Below are positions 57,247-64,000 of a stretch of 64,000 nt of DNA, in pieces (position 1 is the first letter of the stretch; every line of letters starts with the position of its first letter). The stretch is taken from assembly GCA_001897525.1 (NCBI GenBank), contig MKTB01000024.1, positions 1,480 through 65,479 of the forward strand, given 5' to 3'. The stretch comes from Bacteroidetes bacterium 43-16. Lineage in GTDB: Bacteria; Bacteroidota; Bacteroidia; Chitinophagales; Chitinophagaceae. The translations under genes were made by a program, and so were the position numbers. The notes beneath the pieces are model-generated. The model did not search any database and was not told where the DNA came from. It saw only the letters and a list, made by a program, of their open reading frames with translations.

Positions 57247-58827
57247 TTATCCCTGGAACTGAGGAATCAAACCTTTAGCTAAATCAACCATAGCTTTGAT
57301 ACCATCTTCAGGTAAATTACCTTTTTTGAATTCAGTTAAAACATGAGGCAATTTGCTTTGCATTTCAATCATGAACTGATCTTCAAATGCTTTCATACGA
57401 TTAACCGGAACTTCTCTTAAAAGATTGTTGGTACCTAAGTAGATAATAGCAACTTGCTTCTCTACAGAATACGGGCTGAACTGAGCTTGCTTCAGGATCT
57501 CCACGTTACGGGCACCTTTATCAATTACTGTTTTAGTAGCCGCATCCAGGTCACCACCAAATTTAGAGAAAGCTTCCATCTCACGGTAAAGTGCCTGATC
57601 TAATTTCAAGGTACCGGCAACTTTCTTCATGGATTTGATCTGGGCAGAACCCCCTACACGGCTTACAGAGATACCTACGTTGATCGCCGGACGGATACCG
57701 GATAAGAACAAGTTAGTTTCCAGGAAGATCTGACCATCTGTAATAGAGATCACGTTAGTAGGGATATATGCAGATACGTCACCAGCCTGAGTTTCAATGA
57801 TGGGCAATGCAGTCAAAGAACCACCACCTTTTACCATATGTTTGATAGACTCCGGAAGATCGTTCATGTTCTTAACGATGTTATCATCATTAATTACTTT
57901 CGCAGCTCTTTCCAGTAAACGGGAGTGCAAGTAGAATACGTCACCAGGATAAGCCTCACGACCCGGCGGACGACGTAACAACAAAGACACCTCACGGTAA
58001 GCTACTGCCTGCTTAGACAAATCGTCATAAACAACCAATGCAGGACGGCCAGTATCACGGAAGAACTCACCAATCGCAGCACCTGCGAACGGAGCGTAGA
58101 ACTGTAATGGAGCCGGATCAGCAGCTGTTGCAGATACGATAGTCGTATAAGCCATAGCGCCATTCTCTTCTAATACCTTCATTACAGAAGCTACAGTAGA
58201 AGCTTTTTGCCCGATAGCTACATAGATACAATAAACCGGTTTACCCGCTTCATAAAATTCTTTCTGATTGATGATGGTATCCAGACAGATCGCAGTTTTA
58301 CCTGTTTGACGGTCACCGATTACCAACTCACGTTGACCACGACCGATCGGAATCATTGCATCCACAGCTTTCAAACCTGTTTGCAATGGCTCTTTTACCG
58401 GCTCACGGAACAATACACCAGGAGCTTTACGCTCAATCGGCATTTCGTATAATTCACCTTTCAAAGGACCTTTACCATCGATAGGCTCACCTAAAGTGTT
58501 CACCACACGACCGATCATACCTTCACCTACTTTAATAGATGCGATACTACCGGTACGACGTACTGTAGAACCTTCTTTGATTTTATCACTTTCACCCATC
58601 AATACCACACCCACATTATCTTCTTCAAGATTCAATGCGATAGCTTTAGTGCCATCTTCAAACTCAACCAATTCACCTTGGCGCACACTACCTAAACCAT
58701 AAACACGTGCAATACCATCACCAATCTGTAATACGGTACCCACCTCTTCAAGGTCTGCAGAGCTGTTAAAGTTGCTCAATTGTTGGCGTAAAATCGCCGA
58801 TATTTCATCCGGTTTAATCTCAACCAT
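57247..58827 (-). CDS. atpA: F0F1 ATP synthase subunit alpha
   Basis: [43 protein letters not shown]. Confidence 0.98.
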   Translation of the reverse strand: MVEIKPDEISAILRQQLSNFNSSADLEEVGTVLQIGDGIARVYGLGSVRQGELVEFEDGTKAIALNLEEDNVGVVLMGESDKIKEGSTVRRTGSIASIKVGEGMIGRVVNTLGEPIDGKGPLKGELYEMPIERKAPGVLFREPVKEPLQTGLKAVDAMIPIGRGQRELVIGDRQTGKTAICLDTIINQKEFYEAGKPVYCIYVAIGQKASTVASVMKVLEENGAMAYTTIVSATAADPAPLQFYAPFAGAAIGEFFRDTGRPALVVYDDLSKQAVAYREVSLLLRRPPGREAYPGDVFYLHSRLLERAAKVINDDNIVKNMNDLPESIKHMVKGGGSLTALPIIETQAGDVSAYIPTNVISITDGQIFLETNLFLSGIRPAINVGISVSRVGGSAQIKSMKKVAGTLKLDQALYREMEAFSKFGGDLDAATKTVIDKGARNVEILKQAQFSPYSVEKQVAIIYLGTNNLLREVPVNRMKAFEDQFMIEMQSKLPHVLTEFKKGNLPEDGIKAMVDLAKGLIPQFQG

Positions 58828-58880
58828 TGTTATAGAAATTTATGAATGATTTAATTAGTTGTCAATTTTTGTTGCAGCGA

Positions 58881-59441
58881 TTAAATATCAGCTACGTAAA
58901 TATTTTTTGTGAATTGATTCCTGATGTCGGACAAATCTCTTGAAATACTCATATCAAAATACTTATCACCGATCTGTAATTTAAAGCCCCCGATAATTGA
59001 CGGATCAACAACCGGCATTGGAATTACATGTTCATTATTCAATTCTTTTTTAACCTTAGCCAGCAATACGTTCAAGGTAGCTTCATCCAAAGGATAAGCA
59101 GTCGTGATCTGCACCGTCTGAATATTGTTCAGGGCCTGGTATTGCGCTTCAAAAGCAGTGGTCATTTCAAGCAACTCTGCTTCTCTGCCTTTTTTTACCA
59201 ATAAACTGATAAATGCAGTAGTAGCCGTGCTGATCTTTCCTTCAAAGATAGCATTTAAAACACTGATCTTTTTATCCGCTTTTACTAAAGGGCTTTTTAA
59301 AAACAATTTAAGCTCTGCTGATCCATTCACAGCAGTCTCAATTGTTTTCATATCACTCAATACCACATCAACATTGTTTTGTTCCTTAGCAAGGTCTAAC
59401 AATGATTTTGCGTATCTGGCAGCGAGACGAGGATTGGGCAT
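58881..59441 (-). CDS. atpH: ATP synthase subunit delta
   Basis: RLAARYAKSL, VDPSIIGGFKLQIGD; operon position. Confidence 0.95.
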   Translation of the reverse strand: MPNPRLAARYAKSLLDLAKEQNNVDVVLSDMKTIETAVNGSAELKLFLKSPLVKADKKISVLNAIFEGKISTATTAFISLLVKKGREAELLEMTTAFEAQYQALNNIQTVQITTAYPLDEATLNVLLAKVKKELNNEHVIPMPVVDPSIIGGFKLQIGDKYFDMSISRDLSDIRNQFTKNIYVADI

Positions 59442-59468
59442 TTATAAAAGATTATACTTGTTCTACAA

Positions 59469-59963
59469 TTAGTTCAACTTGATTTCATTCGCAAGCATAT
59501 TGATATAGTCAGACTGAGCCTGAGCCGGATCTAATTGCTTACGTAAAACTTTCTCAGCAACGGCTACAGCCATATTACCGATTTCGTTTTTCACTTCAGT
59601 TAATGCAGCGTTCTTTTTATTTTCGATTTGCTGACGCGCATCTTCCATAATTTTGTTCGCTTCAACTTTAGCTTGTTCTTTAGCTTCGTTTACGATTCTG
59701 TCTTTAGTTTCTTTTGCTTCTTTCAGCATCAAAGAACGCTCTTCACGTGCATCTTGCAGCAAACGCTCATTTTCAGCTTTCATTTCAGCCATTTCTAATT
59801 TTACCTTTTCAGCAGAAGCGATAGAATTAGCGATACCTGTTTCACGCTCATTCAGCATTTTCAAAATCGGCTTCCAAGCAAATTTTTTCAGAATAAAAAG
59901 AACAATTAGAAATGCTACTAATGTCCAGAAAAAGAGACCTAATGCAGGAGTTATTAAACCCAT
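59469..59963 (-). CDS. atpF: ATP synthase subunit b
   Basis: LFFWTLVAFLIVLFILKKFAWKPIL plus coiled coil. Confidence 0.96.
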   Translation of the reverse strand: MGLITPALGLFFWTLVAFLIVLFILKKFAWKPILKMLNERETGIANSIASAEKVKLEMAEMKAENERLLQDAREERSLMLKEAKETKDRIVNEAKEQAKVEANKIMEDARQQIENKKNAALTEVKNEIGNMAVAVAEKVLRKQLDPAQAQSDYINMLANEIKLN

Positions 59964-60081
59964 ATAATTAAACTTAAATTAATTGCTATATTTTAATGTT
60001 CACTTTTTTAATAATAAGTCACGCCCTCTGCCCTTTGCGTCGGGCGTAACTTAATTTCTTGCGCCTGAGGCAAGTAATGGA

Positions 60082-60342
<261 letters not shown>

Positions 60343-60379
60343 TTAAGTGATTAAAAAAAAGTTTATTAAAAATTTATTA

Positions 60380-61561
60380 TTATAGTACTAATTCATTTTC
60401 GTGATGCGCATGATCAATACCATCGTGATGCGCGTCATGACCATGCTCTTCAACTGCCTGACCAATAAATACTGCTGTTAAGTTGGTAAAGATAAACGCC
60501 TGAATAGCGGCTACCAGTAATTCCAGACAGAACATAAAGATAGAGAAGGCAATGGAAATAGGTGCAAATCCCCAACCTGCAGCTTCATTCATAGCTCCGA
60601 AGATGAAGATCATAGATACAACACTCAGGATAATGATGTGACCGGCAAGAATGTTCGCGAACAAACGTATGGTCAATGCAATTGGTTTAATGAACAGGGA
60701 AATGATCTCGATAATGGTCAAAAGAATGTTAGCCGGGAACGGAACACCTGGAGGATTGAATAAGTGACCCCAGAAATGCTTGTTGGCGCTGAACAGGATA
60801 ACGATGAAAGAAACCAGGGCTAAAGCTGCTGTTACTGCGATATTACCGGTGAAGTTAGCTCCTGAAGGGATCAGACCTAAAAGGTTGTTTACCCAGATGA
60901 AGAAAAACACAGTTAATAATAAAGGCATAAAGCGCATATACTTGCTACCCAGGTTTGGTCTTGCTACTTCGTCTCTTACAAAGATGATCAAAGGCTCGAT
61001 CGCATTTTGCAAACCGGATGGTGCCTGCATTGCTCCTTTTTTCTTGTAGCTCTTCGCTACACTCAGCATAATTAATAATAAGATGGCAATAGACAAAAAC
61101 ATGGAGAACACATTCTTGGTAATAGAGAAATCCTTAATGGCCGCTCCGTCTACCGCAATAATTTTTCCTTTTTGAGCTTCCAGCGCTTTCAACTCTTCTG
61201 CGCTTACATGAGCTGCGTGGTGTTTGATATAATCATCCGTTACCAATTGGTAGCCTTCATAAGCCGCATGACCATGCTCCAGCTTGGAAGACATAAACGC
61301 ACTGATTCCTTTTTCAGGATGATATACAATAACAGGTAAAGGCATAGATACCGGATGTTTTTGACCATCACTACCTGTATAATCTAAAACGTGCCAATCG
61401 TATTGATCTCCAATGTGACCAAAGATAATTTCTTTAATGTCCAACTTTTCTTTTCCATGCTCTTCAGTAGCCGTATGTCCCTCTGCGAAGGCAGCGAAAC
61501 CACTAAAAATCATCAATAAAGTAACAAAAAATAGTTTAGATTTCCTTAACACAATTTTCAA
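60380..61561 (-). CDS. atpB: ATP synthase subunit a
   Basis: NLLGLIP, TGNIAVT, ALTIRLFANILAGH, ELLVAAIQAFIF; start is either TTG 61561 or GTG 61552. Confidence 0.96.
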   Translation of the reverse strand: MKIVLRKSKLFFVTLLMIFSGFAAFAEGHTATEEHGKEKLDIKEIIFGHIGDQYDWHVLDYTGSDGQKHPVSMPLPVIVYHPEKGISAFMSSKLEHGHAAYEGYQLVTDDYIKHHAAHVSAEELKALEAQKGKIIAVDGAAIKDFSITKNVFSMFLSIAILLLIMLSVAKSYKKKGAMQAPSGLQNAIEPLIIFVRDEVARPNLGSKYMRFMPLLLTVFFFIWVNNLLGLIPSGANFTGNIAVTAALALVSFIVILFSANKHFWGHLFNPPGVPFPANILLTIIEIISLFIKPIALTIRLFANILAGHIIILSVVSMIFIFGAMNEAAGWGFAPISIAFSIFMFCLELLVAAIQAFIFTNLTAVFIGQAVEEHGHDAHHDGIDHAHHENELVL

Positions 61562-62072
61562 ATTTTGTGCAAAGATAGTGCATTTGATTGCAAAACAATA
61601 ATTATCTTAGAAAAATATTGCATCAAATTTTCAATTATTTTTAATGAATTGACTAATAAATCATTAAGCAAAAAACGGATCATAAAAAATGTCAAATATT
61701 TAAAGTATTTTAAGATCAAAAACACCTTCATTTAAGTAGTTTCTTTAAAACGACTCTTTACCTGCAATGACGGATCGAATACTTGTCCATTTACTTGCCA
61801 AAAACCAGGAGACTTTATCCCTGTTCATTAGAAATAATAACGATTTATTAATCCCCCGGGAAAATTTGAGCCATCAGCGCTCTTTTCGCTTATTAGCGCC
61901 ACATAAATCGCCCACGGACAGCTAATTAAAAAAGCAGATCGGTTCCTGCTTATATTTGTTACCACAATTATCAAAAAAATTCGTTAATTTAACTATATTT
62001 GGCTTGCCAAACCCTTTTTGTGAACATTTCACGTTCACTTTATCAGGCATTTTCGATTTTATTTTTATCTGA

Positions 62073-64000
62073 ATGAACAGAAAACTTTTAGTCGCATCCG
62101 GTATTTTACTGGCTACTTGTATCAGCACCCATTTGAGTGCTCAAACCAATACGGAACTCTTCGGTCAAAATAGGATCCAGTTAAGAAACTTCGACTGGAA
62201 ATACTACCAATCTGACAATGTAAAAATATACTTTTACGATAGAGCCGGTGTAGAACTTTCCCGTTATATAGCCGAGCAAATGGAAAAAGACCTGGCGCTG
62301 ATCCAAAAGAAAATGGGCGATATCGTACCCAATGGTTTAGACATCATCCTCTATAATTGCTACGATCACTTCCAGCAGACCAATATAGGCCTGGCTTCTA
62401 ATAACAATATCCAGAACAATGGTGCCGGACAGGTAAATATCATCGGTAACAAAATGGTGATCTACTTTACCGGTAAGCATGAAGACATTAAACGCCAGTT
62501 AAGATCGGGCCTGTACAGCATTATTCTGCAAAAAACCTTATTCGGAGAGTCCCTGGGAGATGCCTTGCGCAACTCGCTGGTGCTGGACCTGCCGAAATGG
62601 TTTTCTGAAGGCTACCTGAACTATATGGTCGATGGCTGGGACAGTAAAGCCAACAGCGACTGGAAGGCCCTTTTGCTGGACCCTAAGCAATCCAAAAAAT
62701 TTGAAGAACTGGCAAGGCTCCATCCTACCCTATCTGGGAAGGCATTCTGGAAATACCTGATCGAAAGATACGGGGAACGCAATGTCAAGGATTTTATCTT
62801 TATTGCACAAAATGAATCCAGCTTAAATACTGCGACCAAAGCACTTGCCGGTACAAAAATAGTACCCATGTTCGACTCCCTGGTGACTTACTACAAGGGC
62901 GTTTACGATGTGGATGCGGCCAACCAGCTGGACGTTAATGCAGAAACCCCGTTGATCACCATTGACAACAATGATCCCGAAAGAAGCATTTCTAGTGTAA
63001 AAGTATCCCCGAGAGGGCTTGATGTGGCTTATGTAGCCTCCAAGCATGGAGAATTTAAAGTATTACTTCAAAAATCAGAAAAAGTAGACGGTATTTCTAA
63101 AAATGTGATCTCTACCGTGCTGAGCGGAGGGGTCATTAACCACAATGCCAAAGACGATCCTGACTACCCGGTATTGGCATGGAGCAATACAGGTTACAAA
63201 CTCGGGGTGATCTTCAAAAAATATAATTTAACCTACCTCCGCGTATTTGATGCGGTGAAAGCAAAAATTACCAACTACATTATTTCCGATAGAAAGTTTG
63301 ACCGTATCCTTTCCTTCACCTTTATGGAAGATGATGATATGATCACCTTTTCTGCGATAAAGAACGGGCAAAGCGACATCTTTGAATACAGGATGAAAAG
63401 AAGCCAGGTGAACCAGATCACAGATGATCCTTATGATGACCTGGAGCCCGTGTATGTAAGCGGAGGTTCCCGTAAAGGCATTACCTTTATTTCCAACCGA
63501 CCAGAACCTTATATTAATATCAAACCTTTGCCCAATGAATTGCCTACCGGCAGAATGCGCGGCTACTTTTACAATACCACGACCAAGAGTTATGAACTGA
63601 TGCCTTTGACTCCCGATGTAAAAGGAGATGTGTTCCAGATCATACCTTATGGCCCGGATAACTTCTCTTACCTCACCAATGAGAACGGTGTGGTCAACAG
63701 GAATGTGGTCTTGTTCAAACGGAATGAATGGAATAAAGATGTAGCGGTGAGCATACCGGTGACCAATGGCAACTACGGCATCATGACCCACCAGTATAAC
63801 CCTGCCAGCAAAAGCATTGCAGATGCCATTAAAACCAATAACGGCATTAAAGTTTATTTCAGGAAGGTCGAATTACCTGCACCGTTTGGCGATCTGCAAC
63901 CGGTACAAAGGGTACAGGCCCAATTATCGGAAGAAGCTTTTTTAAACAACTCTAAAAAAGAAGTGCTGATCCAGGAACGCCAGAGCAGTCCTGCCCGGGC
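62073..64000 (+). CDS. Large exported protein with inactive zincin-like domain and PD40/TolB-like repeats (runs off the right edge; absent from ORF track)
   Basis: Manual translation MNRKLLVASGILLATCISTHLSAQ...FGQNRIQLRNFDWKY...LPKWFSEGYLNY...SPRGLDVAY...QITDDPYDDLEP. Confidence 0.75.
   Translation, partial: MNRKLLVASGILLATCISTHLSAQTNTELFGQNRIQLRNFDWKYYQSDNVKIYFYDRAGVELSRYIAEQMEKDLALIQKKMGDIVPNGLDIILYNCYDHFQQTNIGLASNNNIQNNGAGQVNIIGNKMVIYFTGKHEDIKRQLRSGLYSIILQKTLFGESLGDALRNSLVLDLPKWFSEGYLNYMVDGWDSKANSDWKALLLDPKQSKKFEELARLHPTLSGKAFWKYLIERYGERNVKDFIFIAQNESSLNTATKALAGTKIVPMFDSLVTYYKGVYDVDAANQLDVNAETPLITIDNNDPERSISSVKVSPRGLDVAYVASKHGEFKVLLQKSEKVDGISKNVISTVLSGGVINHNAKDDPDYPVLAWSNTGYKLGVIFKKYNLTYLRVFDAVKAKITNYIISDRKFDRILSFTFMEDDDMITFSAIKNGQSDIFEYRMKRSQVNQITDDPYDDLEPVYVSGGSRKGITFISNRPEPYINIKPLPNELPTGRMRGYFYNTTTKSYELMPLTPDVKGDVFQIIPYGPDNFSYLTNENGVVNRNVVLFKRNEWNKDVAVSIPVTNGNYGIMTHQYNPASKSIADAIKTNNGIKVYFRKVELPAPFGDLQPVQRVQAQLSEEAFLNNSKKEVLIQERQSSPAR

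Overview
Bacteroidota (Chitinophagaceae-like) chromosomal window, judged from T9SS-sorted proteins, TAnnTTTG/TTTG promoters and a short RpoD. Housekeeping genes: recQ (runs off the left edge), ileS, DksA/TraR with a histone-H1-like tail, a SAM-I riboswitch-controlled metB-hom operon, lptF/G plus a PAP2 phosphatase, rpoD, lipB-folK, cobB, egtBD, rluA/D, fused BCKDH E1, ABC-F and atpBEFHA without atpG. Accessory and envelope loci: three paralogous ~780-aa GT-C-like membrane proteins around a polyprenyl-phosphate sugar synthase (strongest candidate for an undescribed system), a MarR-TolC-MFP-RND efflux operon with a perfect operator, an HYC_CC_PP/HMA/TonB-receptor Cys-rich metal locus, a BCCT transporter next to egtBD, an EGF-domain lipoprotein, four T9SS cargo proteins and a Crp-DinB pair with an FNR-like box. 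Non-coding signals include an orphan promoter driving a candidate sRNA and heptamer/REP-like repeats. I found no tRNA, rRNA, CRISPR array or transposase. Calls come from motif recognition only; no searches were run. Several starts are moved relative to the ORF track.
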